Positions 53,301 to 64,000 of a stretch of 64,000 nucleotides of DNA are shown here, one piece after another (positions within the stretch are counted from its first letter, which is position 1; every line of letters begins with the position of its first letter). The stretch lies in NCBI RefSeq assembly GCF_000150275.1, contig NW_002060943.1, positions 2,919,302-2,983,301 of the forward strand, in the 5' to 3' direction. This DNA comes from Trichoplax adhaerens (lineage: Eukaryota > Animalia > Placozoa). The position numbers were made by a program, and so were the translations under genes. The notes beneath the pieces were generated by a model. That model worked only from the letters and a program-made list of their open reading frames with translations. It was not told where the DNA came from and did no database searches.

Positions 53301-55585
53301 TTACTACTTTCGGTCACACAGGGATAAGACTGTTCTAAAAGATCAGTACAGTTTTTATTAGTAGAGTAGCCGAGTACCTTCTCGTACACGATCTAATATG
53401 ATCCATTAGCTAAATACTGACAAAATCTATTTAATTAGCAAGTACGGTGCTTTGCTCCGTAACAGTATCAAATATAATCTTGCGTAATTTTAAGTCTTAA
53501 ATCTATACCATAAAACTATAAGAACAGGAGGTTTTACATAAAAGAATCCGCTGTGTTTTTTAGATGTCTGTAAAATTGGAATAGCAGAAAGTTTTAAACT
53601 AACTGTAAAATCAAATACTTTAAATTGTACAACAAGTATAATACTACGCTAGTAGGATTCCATAACAAGTAATGTGTTGATTACTTGAAACATTAATTTT
53701 ATGTTGTAATAAGTATGAAATTAATACGATTCCCAAGACTCTAGAGTCAGTTGTCGGAGTATCGTTAAACTAATATTGAGAATTTCGTTTGATAAAATAC
53801 TTTTTAGCTAGATCGGTTTACCGCAACAGAATAAAACTAAATACAAAACCCATGCGATACAATTCGCAAGGCTCTTCATGTAATGTGATGACACAGCATC
53901 TCTAGTCTAAAATGACCAGGAACTTCATCAGTTTTTATATTAGTACTGCTGACTTAAATTAGGTACAAAAATCCATACAATTTCATTTGCAAGACTCTAA
54001 TTAGATGTCAGAAATCTTCAAACTTAAATTAAGGATTTTATTGAAGAGAAATTTCATCAACTAGATGAGTTTAAATCAATAGGCTTTAAAGCTTAAAGTC
54101 AAATGCTCACGCCACGGTACGAACTACTGTGAAGAATTAAATGGCTAAATTCAGCGAACATTTATATATGGTGATTACAGTTATTTGCTTACAGCAGGAA
54201 TTACTGAATCGATAGTTTGCTACGATAAATTATATGTTGTACAGAAAAACAATTCATATAAAGTAATTGAATACAGTACAAGCTCTTGTAACTGTAATTA
54301 TGATTAATGCAACGATGTAGGTGCATTGAGATCACTCTGTGAATGGACATACTGTAGTCCTATTAGGTAAAATCAGTCTGTAAATGTCCTTATCGATAAA
54401 TATTTTTGTGAGATGATTCATCAATGTTAGCCGCCACCGGAAGGTATTTAAGTTTAGCTGATCATTGAATAATAACCAGTTCTCTAATTGTGTAATCTAG
54501 AAACAAAAGCATCTATGTTCTTATGAGCAGTTAAGGGATTATTAAATCCCGAAAACTTTCGAAATTTTAGAGATTTGCTTTTACATAATCATTGTCACAA
54601 AGCTTGTTTTTTACCAGCTTTAGAAATGTAAAGATTTATTTCTACTTAAACCTTGCTGCAAAGCTGGTTTGTGACAGCACATCGCCATCGCCATCAAGTA
54701 TGTTTGTTAACAATGATCAGATCGAATTGAAAGTTCTAGACTAAAGGCTATGAATGAAATAGATCGCATAACGCTATCTTATATTGTAATATATGTTTGT
54801 ATATTTTTAGACTTTCGAAATTGACTATTTGATTCAACAATCTTAATTTATAAAATAATTTGTGTAGTAAATCAAACACCAGATGTACAATAATCGATAT
54901 TGAAACTCTATTACTAATTTACCGATGTAAAGTATTTCTGTAAAATGCAGAACTGATTAATTATCTGGAGAATTTGAGCAATCTGACATTAGATATTACC
55001 AGTCTTTGATAGTAAATTAGCTAGAAATAATGTCGTCTTGTCAATAAAAGCGTTTGAAAACTTTACCTCTAAGATGAATGAGAATGCAGTTGTCACGATC
55101 ATTGGTTGAATTCCACTTCTATGTAATGAATTTGGTAATCCTAAAGATTTATAAATTAACATAAGTTATTGATACGTACTTCTAATCGTACTGCTATGTT
55201 CTGGCAGTTACCTTATGTGACGTGATACTATCTAAACTAATATTATTATATAATACAGTTTTATATGTAGTATATTATCTTATGGTACATTGTGTATAGA
55301 CTATAAAATGAGTTGTTGGCGAATGCCATGAGGAATTGTGACTATATAGGCAATCGGAGCTATATTAGTACTTTGGAGTAATAAAGGTCCCTATTTCTAT
55401 GATAAAAAGGGTGTTTGTATTTCCTGAGAGAATCCTTAACCTCCCTAGTATCCAGTGATCGTAACAACTGTGAAATTGACTTCGACAATAATTTTCTGCG
55501 ACTTGGAAATTTCAACAGCAAAATATTTCTATTGCTTCTTTACCTAAGACTCCTATCCCTTGAAGGATGGCCACAAAAATGAAAT
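47343..55585 (-). CDS. Multi-pass amino-acid permease, Trp/Tyr-permease-like (APC superfamily), copy 1; start exon not located
   Basis: In-frame exons 55585-55544 (FIFVAILQGIGVLG), 55140-55067 (LPNSLHRSGIQP), 54982-54923, 52572-52415 (HLLSALFLPKYLRITFD), 51357-51292 (ALAASQAY), 51144-51021, 50858-50759, 50590-50532, 50399-50335, 49871-49758 (WCYAVLYVVPQ), 49651-49609 (GKISTVPL), 48490-48376, 48261-48132, 47990-47921, 47804-47701, 47463-47343. About 11 hydrophobic segments. Family call is from remembered motif similarity; extra small exons near 52981-52939 are possible. Confidence 0.75.
54110..54676 (+). mobile_element. Solo LTR, same family as 25334-25768, in a transporter intron (antisense)
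   Basis: cgccacggtacgaactactgtgaag...ctgtgaatggacatactgtagtcc...aagctggtttgtgaca aligns with the reverse complement of 25334-25768; flanks GCTCA/GCACA resemble a 5-bp TSD with one mismatch. Confidence 0.82.
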
Positions 55586-55752
55586 CTAATTTTTAAAAAC
55601 ATGAATAGGTTTTAGTTTTACTGTGTCAGCTGTAATAGTAAAAGCTGTAAATCAGATAGTTGTAGTATTATATATCAGAGTACGCGATGAACTAACACAT
55701 TTTTAGAAAAAATAGCCCATTCCGAAAAGTTAAATAATTGTTATTTGATATT

Positions 55753-55802
55753 NNNNNNNNNNNNNNNNNNNNNNNNNNNNNNNNNNNNNNNNNNNNNNNN
55801 NN
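55753..55802. other. Assembly gap (50 N)
   Basis: Run of n characters. Confidence 1.
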
Positions 55803-56429
55803 TTCTCACTTTTTATGTACACAATAAATCACTCTTATTCGCTAATAAACTTTAAAATGTATTTAATTTGAAGTAGTTACAGGTGCTAAGTTAGTAAAAT
55901 TCTACTATCACCATTTAAGATTTATTTTCTCTTGAAGGGATTCAGTCTAACCTTATATCGAATCGAATCAATTGTTCTCAGTGGATTAAAGACCTTGCCA
56001 ATAAGAACATCCCATCATTACGGATCGCATAAAATAATTCCTTAGTCTAGATATTGAGGTTTCTAGTGGTACAAATGGCTGATATATAATGATAGCTTGT
56101 AGTAAGTCTACTCAAAAAGAAGAAATGATGAGCGAACGGTTATAAAAAACTGTCCGAATTAACTCGACAATCCAGAACGTTGATAATCCCTGGGGGATTA
56201 ATTAAGGACGCCATTTTATTGTAGTTCTTGCCGCGCATCTATACAATCCGTCCCTTTTATTAGATAATAGTAACATTTCGTAGTTCTATCAGCAGTCCTA
56301 ATAGATTATTTTGATTATAATTTCGAATCAACTAATTTATTTTGTAGGTAGACTTCCTCTTAACTTTAGACAAGATAAACGCGTACATCTTCTCAATCTA
56401 CGATATCTTCATTTAATTCTATAATCAGG

Positions 56430-57016
56430 TGTCACAACCACGTTTTTGTGACACAGGATCTCTACTTATCGTGTAAAACTTAGCTAAGTACGGTACAATC
56501 CCGACACTGAACAAGTGCTACTGGAACTACGCTTCCTATTAGAACACTAACTTCTCGGGTGTGGGACTACACTTCTTTGACCGTCACTAGGTTACTCGAT
56601 TACACAAGTAGTTGAGCGTAGGCTTTTGAACAGATAACTATCACTACAGTTTATTCTTTTCTATGCCTTTCTCCTCGTCCACATGGCATCATAGTTAGCC
56701 TTTATATACTTTCTAAGATATTTACTATTTACATTAATCTCACGTAGGAGATCTCACAACCATAACCTCCTATCCAGTAATAATCTTACAACACGACTAC
56801 AAATCGTGTCAGCATAAACAACTCTCTAACACAAAGGTTGCACATCATCAAGATTTATATTTATCTAGTCTATCCTCCTATTCGAATACATACAAAATAA
56901 CTAAGGACAGTTGATCATCAAAACACCTTACTAACAAACATCATAACACATCAATTTCCATCAATAACAAACACCATAACACTTCTAACTCATCACGGCA
57001 AAAAGGTACCGTGACA
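56430..57016 (-). mobile_element. Solo LTR, 587 bp, with perfect 5-bp TSD TCAGG
   Basis: TGTCAC...GTGACA termini; TCAGG at 56425-56429 and 57017-57021; minus-strand TATATAAA (~56705) and AATAAA (~56652); paralogous empty site with a single TCAGG at ~60538. Confidence 0.88.
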
Positions 57017-57303
57017 TCAGGATAGATAAACTAATACTTGCCCGAATTTATTTATTTCATGTGTTTACATATTCTATTCAGATTACTTTGCAATCGATTT
57101 GATTTTTAATTTGCACTATGCTGATAGGATAGTCTACTGGGCACAGTCAAATTGGGCTACAATTTCATCTCTTTCTCTAGACTACTCTTGATATTATGAT
57201 TATATTAGGTGATCGAGTTATTCACTTGTAATGCAGCTGTCTTATTCGAGTTATTACCCTCAAACGCTTGTTCTATTTATAGGATAATTCATCAGGTAAT
57301 CAA

Positions 57304-57332
57304 GGTTAGGGTTAGCGTTAGGGTTAGCGTTA
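57304..57332 (+). repeat. Short interstitial telomere-like tract
   Basis: GG TTAGGG TTAGCG TTAGGG TTAGCG TTA. Confidence 0.65.
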
Positions 57333-57795
57333 TTACCATACATCTAGTTGTTTTATGTTATTTGTGTCCTTATCTAATAAGTGGAGCACAAAATAATGGA
57401 TTTCATGTTGCGGAGAATTGAAATTTTACAGGCTAGCTTACGCATATAATTATATAGAAATTATGAATGAAAACTATACAAACCGGTGCTGTTTATCTTC
57501 ATTACTTTAAATATCGTATTATTTACACCTTCTACCATGATCGTGATAATTTACTGTAAAAAAAAGTATGCTTTAATGATATATAATAAATCTTAAATGA
57601 GAACTTGTTGTGCTAGAGATAAATTAAAATATTACGAAATGATACAAATTTCCTATTGTAATCGCGAAAAACATACCTGATGCATGAAATTAATCGCGAG
57701 CACTTCCCTTTTTTTATTTAATCATGTAAAACTAATACAGTATTCATGCTTCAAAGCTTTTATGATGATAATTGAAATTTGTTAATGCCACTCGA

Positions 57796-58640
57796 TTAAA
57801 CGAAATAATGAGCTATTAAAAACAAAATATGATAAATAAATAAGGCTGCTCATATAATAGTGAGAACAACAACTACATAATACCAATTTGCTAATAGCGA
57901 TAATGGAATAGGAATATCCCTGTAAATAGAACAGTAAATATAAAATTATCTTCATGGCTACATTTCATCATTTCATCGGCATAACAGTTAAATAAAGTTT
58001 TAAAATTCGTACTACTACTTACATAAATACAGCAGCAGCAGAATGAAAAAATTACCATACTATTACAACATCTTAAATTACTACATGCAAAAAGTAAAGC
58101 AAAAAGCTGTCATGTGGTCTTACATCCCTATATGGTCTTAAACATAGCGAACTTGTATACTGTTACAGCGAACATTCGATATAGGGTAAGTAAGAGTAAG
58201 TTGACGACATAATTTGGAGCTGTTTCAATGTGATTTCTCAAGATTAAAAAAACTCTATCCCACAGTAAACAAACAGGAACAGAGATCCAAATAATCCACT
58301 TAAAAATTTTAATTGAACAACATTTGATAGCATGTACAGCCCATTTTAGGACAACAACGGATGTCTTACCTTGGGATACACCATGACTACTAACATTACG
58401 AGAGCAGCATAGATCCATTGAACGAGTTAATCCAATACTCTAATAAAATAGAATTATTACTAACAGAAGATAACCCGAATGTTATATCGATATTTTCAAC
58501 GTCTATGAGTTATTGAGATTCGTTAATAGCTACGTATATAATGTCAAATTTAAATATTATATTACCTGTTTAGAAATTTTACTTCTCGATAATTGACGTG
58601 GTATCTCTAATTCTGTCGCATTTTTTACTACATTTTTTTT
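57796..58640 (-). pseudogene. Transporter copy 2: last four exons only, disabled
   Basis: Homologous to 47343-48180 with the same splice sites; nonsense TAA at 58429-58427, +1 frameshift near 58250, nonsense TGA at 57852-57850; upstream exons absent. Confidence 0.85.
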
Positions 58641-58874
58641 GGTAAATAATGGAACATTCTTATAAATCCAACCAGAAGACAGAAAATAATAAGCGGACGG
58701 CAACAAAAAACTTTCGTAAGAAACGGTAAAAATCCCTAAGGACGCCATTTTATGTACTTTTCTTGGCGCATCTGTGCAATTCGTTCATTCTATTAGATAG
58801 GAACAACATTTTACAATTCTGTTAGCAGTCCTATTTGGTTATTATTATAATTATCGCATTAATTTATTCATTTC

Positions 58875-60464
58875 TGTAATAAAGTGTCTATCGAAACGCA
58901 ACGACTTCCACAACTTGAAGGAAAATCACTTTATTACAATAATTACGTCTTCTACCAAGGACTAGATTATCTATGGCTACTCTATCTTCGGAGATAAAAT
59001 CTCCTGCTTATATACAATTGTGTACAGAGTATCTTCGTGACACATAAATCGTTATCTACCTTAATAAGGCTAACATCACACCTCTAGCGTACCTGGAGGT
59101 GCCAAACAGTATGACTAATAACTTTCACAATCCGTATTGCAATTACTAATACAAATCCTCACATATTTAATCTCACTCTACGATCTAGCACCTATACAAG
59201 TGTATCTAACTTAATTAGCCTAGTAATTACGTCATGCACGATATTCACACATACTGTATATAATCTTAAGCTATATTTGGGCTGCACTACATTCGCCCCT
59301 TCTAGAATTAAGCCATTTGCAAAATAAGTAATTCTAAACAATATAATCATCGAAATCACTCCAATCTAGACAGCGCATCAGCATTACCATTAACAATTCC
59401 TTTACGATACTGTATCCTAATTTTAAATTGGGAGATAAACATGGACCACCGCATCAAGCGTTGATTGCTATTTCTCATTTTATACAGCCATAGTAATGGC
59501 TTATGGTCCGTTTGCAATGTGAATTCTCTCCCATCTAAGTAAACATAAAATATCTGTAAAGCATACACAACAGCTAAACATTCTTTTTCTATCACTGAAT
59601 AATTTCTCTTGACAAGGCCTTTCCTGACAGGTATCCTCCCAGCGAGATTCCCCAATGTTCTTCAGGTAATTCTGCAGCTCGCGCTTGCACTTCAAATACT
59701 TTTAAGAATGCTTCCAGCTCATTAGAGTCCTTCATTTTCTTTAATCCTAAATTCTTTGTCCTTGGTTCTTGCGGCCTAACCACTCGGCCTAATACTTGTG
59801 TCAGCATTTCCACAGCTTGAGATAAGGATGAATCTTTTGGCTGAACTTCTGATTTTCCCTGGAGGATCTCGTTCATAAGCTTAATGCTAATTTCTTCCTT
59901 CTTTTTCAGGCCTGAGATGTCAATTTTCAGCTTGTCAGCTTCTTCTTACAATTCTTCCAGCTTCATCTGGGAGATCTTAAAACATTCTTCGCCTGTACTT
60001 GCAGATGCCATAGCTTCTTTCGTAATTACCCTACTCGCAGCGCCAAATGTAATAAAGTGTCTATCGAAACGCAACGACTTCCACAACTTGAAGGAAAATC
60101 ACTTTATTACAATAATTACGTCTTCTACCAAGGACTAGATTATCTATGGCTACTCTGTCTTCGGAGATAAAATCTCCTGCTTATATACAATTGTGTACAG
60201 AGTATCTTCGTGACACATAAATCGTTATCTACCTTAATAAGGCTAACATCACACCTCTAGCGTACCTGGAGGTGCCAAACAGTATGACTAATAACTTTTA
60301 CAATCCGTATTGCAATTACTAATACAAATCCTCACATATTTAATCTCACTCTACGATCTAGCACCTATACAAGTGTATCTATCTTAATTAGCCTAGTAAT
60401 TACGTCATGCACGATATTCACACATACTGTATATAATCTTAAGCTATATTTGGGCTGCACTACA
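58875..60464 (-). mobile_element. Internally deleted non-autonomous Ty3/gypsy LTR retrotransposon (Gmr1-like architecture), 1590 bp
   Basis: 417-bp LTRs 58875-59291 and 60048-60464 (TG...CA, three substitutions counted by eye); TSD ATTTC at 58870-58874 and 60465-60469; PBS TGGCGCTGCGAGTAGG (tRNA-Ser-like); PPT AGAAGGGGCGAA; gag 5' part from ATG 60011 with a stop at 59948; RNase H 3' part NYSVIEKECLAVV...TDHKPL...NADALSR. Confidence 0.95.
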
Positions 60465-62371
60465 ATTTCGTAGCCAGACTTCTTATTGACTTTAGACGAA
60501 ATTCTTCAATCTACGGTATCTTCATTTAATTCTCTGATCAGGATATGAAGCTTTACTGGTCCAAATTCATTTATTTCATACGTTCACATATTCTATTCAG
60601 ATTATTTTGCGATTGAATTTTATTTCAGTTTGACTTGATTTATGGTATGTTGATAGGATAGTTTATTAGGCACAGTCAAATATCCCTACAATTTTATCTC
60701 TTTCGTCAGACCATTTTCGCATTATAATTGTATTAGGTAATCGAGTAGTTCACTTGCAGTGCGCTGTCGTATCCAAGTTATTACTACCAAATCCTCGTTC
60801 TATATGTAGGATAATTTATAGGGCAGTTAAATAGAGATACTATTTTATTTTATTGGACTAAGATGTGCATACTTTACTCTCTTTGAATTAAATGAGTTAG
60901 GGGTAAACGCTTAAATAAGTCTATTACTTAATTTATCTACAGGACTGGCTTATTCTACACTGAACCAAACTCTGCATTGCACATTATAAAGTGTGTTGGC
61001 GGTACCCGAAGTTTATTTAAGTTAAATTACATATCGAGTTTTTAAAGAACGGAACATATAGTTAGTTTTGTTATAATTACTAGATTATATACGGTACTGT
61101 ATTAACTCTGTAAGCTATTGAAGTAAAACATTTCCATGATCCATGCGGCACAATTAGTGATCGGCATGCGAATATAGAAAGTTTAAAACAATCAGTAATT
61201 GTGCTGTAAGCATTAAATGGTAAATTTAAATCTTTTGGGTGAGTATTTTATTGACTTATACCACAAAATCCGACTTGATCAGTGACATAAAATAGTCAAA
61301 TGTTTAGTACCCTTATTACGGGAAGCGATTACAACAGAATTATTCCATCATTTCATATTTGACAGTATTGAATAGTAAAGATTAGAATTTTAATCGATGA
61401 AAATTATTAAACCACATGGGTTAATATGAAAAGTATACATACGCAAAAGATTAGGTCCATAAATCTTACTTAAAACAGAGACACTCTAATATTCATACGA
61501 TATTATTTACAGCTTATTATAATATCGCCCATCTAGCTGCTTAAGGTTATTTGTATCTTATCTAATAAGTGCAGTATAAAAAATTGATTTTAAATTACGG
61601 GGAATTGAAATTTTGTAAGCTAGCTTACGCATATAATTACATAGTAATCTATAACGAAAATGATAATTAGCAATTATTCAAAGGTGATAATGTACAACAA
61701 ATAATGAATTATGAACGTTTATACCATGTCATATATTACAATCAAGCCTCCTATGTTAATTACATTAATATTGATTAATTAATTAATTATAAAATTTGAT
61801 TTTACCTGTCAAATAAGCAGTCATATAAACTATTGCGCATATTAAAGTAATAAAAAATATATTTTTAGAGATCTGGGCTGATGTTTCTAGGAGATACGAC
61901 AAATTTAATAATATTTCAATTAAGATAAACATACGCACGCATGTGAAATTTAGTCGGTATCAGGATGCAGCCAAGATTGCTGCAATACTTTTGACCTTCA
62001 TAATTTAAGAAACAGTAAGGCGTTGCCCCAATTAATGCTATGAGATGCAAAATGCACAAAAGCGTACATCTTATTTAGGCACATTTTAATGATAATAGAA
62101 TGCGACAGAAAATTCTGTATCATATAAGGCAGATGTATGGTCGTTTTTGCTATATAAAATACTGACGTAAAATATCTTGAGAAATTTTGAATGATAACTA
62201 AATATATTGTTTGTATTCGGTACTTTAAATATCATACAATTTACACTTCCGACCCTGATCGAGATAATTTACTTTAAAAAATTTTGCTTTAATGATGCTT
62301 AAGAAATCTTTAATGAGAGTTTGTTGTGTTTGAGATAAATTAACATGTTACTAAATGATATAAATTTTTAT

Positions 62372-64000
62372 ACAGTCTACAGTATGATCATGACGTCAGC
62401 TAGGATAGGATCGGAGGTGTTAAGGATATTATGTTTAGCGAAGGATGATGGGATGGGCTGTTACTGGTGGAATAAAATTGCAGGTAGTTTAGTCTGAGAT
62501 CTAGCAATGTACTTATTGCATTATCTAATTTTTACTACAGTATTTTCGACAATAAAATAAAGTCATAAACTGTTTCTATCCACAATGGCTAAAGTCAAAT
62601 TACTAAGAGACTATCTTTAGAGTATAAATAGGAAAAGCAATGATTAAAAAAGCTTATCTTAATGATATACCAAAAATCTTCAATAAGAATTTGTTCTGTT
62701 AGTGGTAGATAGAGTTTATTAATAAACGATATAAACGTTTATATTATAACCATGAAAAAATTATTTACAGCATCAACTCTTTAGTAAATTTTTTTTTCTA
62801 TCAAATCATATCGGGTTGGAATTGAATATCAGAGATTAGTAATGATAACTGAAAGTTGTTTCTGCCCATGGATCAAAATGAATATTGACTTAAAAACCAA
62901 AAGTTATAGACGAATAAGGCTGCATGTATAATAGTAAGAAAAACAACCACGTAAAACCAATTTGCTGATGGTGATATCGGAACGCTAATATTCCTGAAAA
63001 CAGAATTTAAATAAAAAATCATCTCCTTCTCTACATATTCATCATTCGATAGTAAACTATTTAAATAATTGAACAGAACTTTAAAATATTGTTACTAGAA
63101 GCATTACAACGGGAACAGAATGAAAAAATTAGATTATTATTATAATATTTCAATCTGCTAAATCCATAAAGGAACGCAAACTAAATTGCTAGGTAGTCTA
63201 ATATTATTATAAAGTCATAAATAGAGCGAACCTGTATTTCGTTACAGCGGACGTTCGATATAGAGCTAATACGAATATAGAATCGGCGATATATTTTAAA
63301 GCTGTTTCAAAGTGATTTATCAAGATAAAGAATCCCTATAGTCCAGTAGACAAATGAGAATAGTGATCAAAATAATCTATTTGAAATTTTAATCCAACAA
63401 CATTTTGATAGCATCCACAATTCATCTTACGACAGCAATGGATGACTTACTTTAGGATTTAACATGACTATCAATATTATTAGAGCAACATAGATCCACT
63501 GGATGAGTTGATCCAATACTCTAACAAAACAGAAAAGTTATTAATTTTACTAACTTAAGAAAGCCCGAATGTTAGATCGATATTTTAAACGCCTTCTAAC
63601 TACAAGTATTCGTCAGTAATTACAGGTATACGACGCCATATTTACGTATTATATTACCTATCTGGAAAATTTCCTTCTTGATATTCGACGTAGTGTGCAT
63701 CTTTACTAGCATCTTCATCTCCAGTACAACTGCATGATATCTTGGAATTGGTCATCCTTTCTCGAATGTTGACTAGCATGCCACTCACTTATAAACCAAT
63801 AGCCAAAATACAAATAAATAGAATCACTGGTTAGGATATACGTAAAGTTTGATAGATGTGGTCTCGCTAGATTTATTTAAGACTTCAATAAGGATACTTA
63901 CTCCAGCTAGAAGCAGACATGCCATTTGTTAGATATGATAACGTTGTCGATAACACGATAAATAACCTGATAACTAAGGCTAGCCAAGCATATTGGGGGA
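62372..64000. repeat. Near-identical (~98% by eye) duplicate of 46843-48471
   Basis: Colinear from acagtc-acagtatgatcatgacgtcagc to gccaagcatattgggg with roughly 30 differences including three small indels. Confidence 0.95.
62873..64000 (-). CDS. Transporter copy 3, last five exons (continues beyond the window)
   Basis: Same exons and splice sites as 47343-48470, reading frame intact in the visible part, TGA at 62875-62873. Confidence 0.72.

Noticed and set aside
58128-58748. ORFs of 96 and 63 aa
   Set aside because: Mixtures of pseudogene exon, intron and flank from transporter copy 2.
59884-60138. 84-aa plus-strand ORF
   Set aside because: Antisense to gag and running into the LTR.

Overview
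AT-rich, intron-rich eukaryotic (animal) genomic DNA with short GT-AG introns and one 50-N assembly gap (55753-55802). Gene content, compactness and ACAGT/ACTGT repeats suggest a placozoan (Trichoplax-like); this is an inference, not a verified identification. I assembled spliced gene models by hand with phase-consistent junctions: an intronless class A GPCR (-), a single-pass LRR receptor without a TIR domain (+), a secreted netrin-like protein made only of signal peptide + LE2 + LE3 + NTR/C345C with no laminin-N domain (-), PSPH (-), VKORC1-family (+), GPN3 (-), a peroxisomal D-amino-acid-oxidase-family gene with a dead duplicate of exon 1 (+), and a three-unit tandem array of a Trp/Tyr-permease-like amino-acid transporter (one apparently intact, one pseudogene, one partial at the window edge). 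There are four LTR-retroelement insertions, including a young internally deleted element whose architecture points to the Gmr1 lineage. The most interesting items are the N-terminally truncated mini-netrin, the Gmr1-like element, and the palindromic ACAGT arrays in both head-to-head promoters. I found no supportable gene in 1-9100 or 42700-46800.
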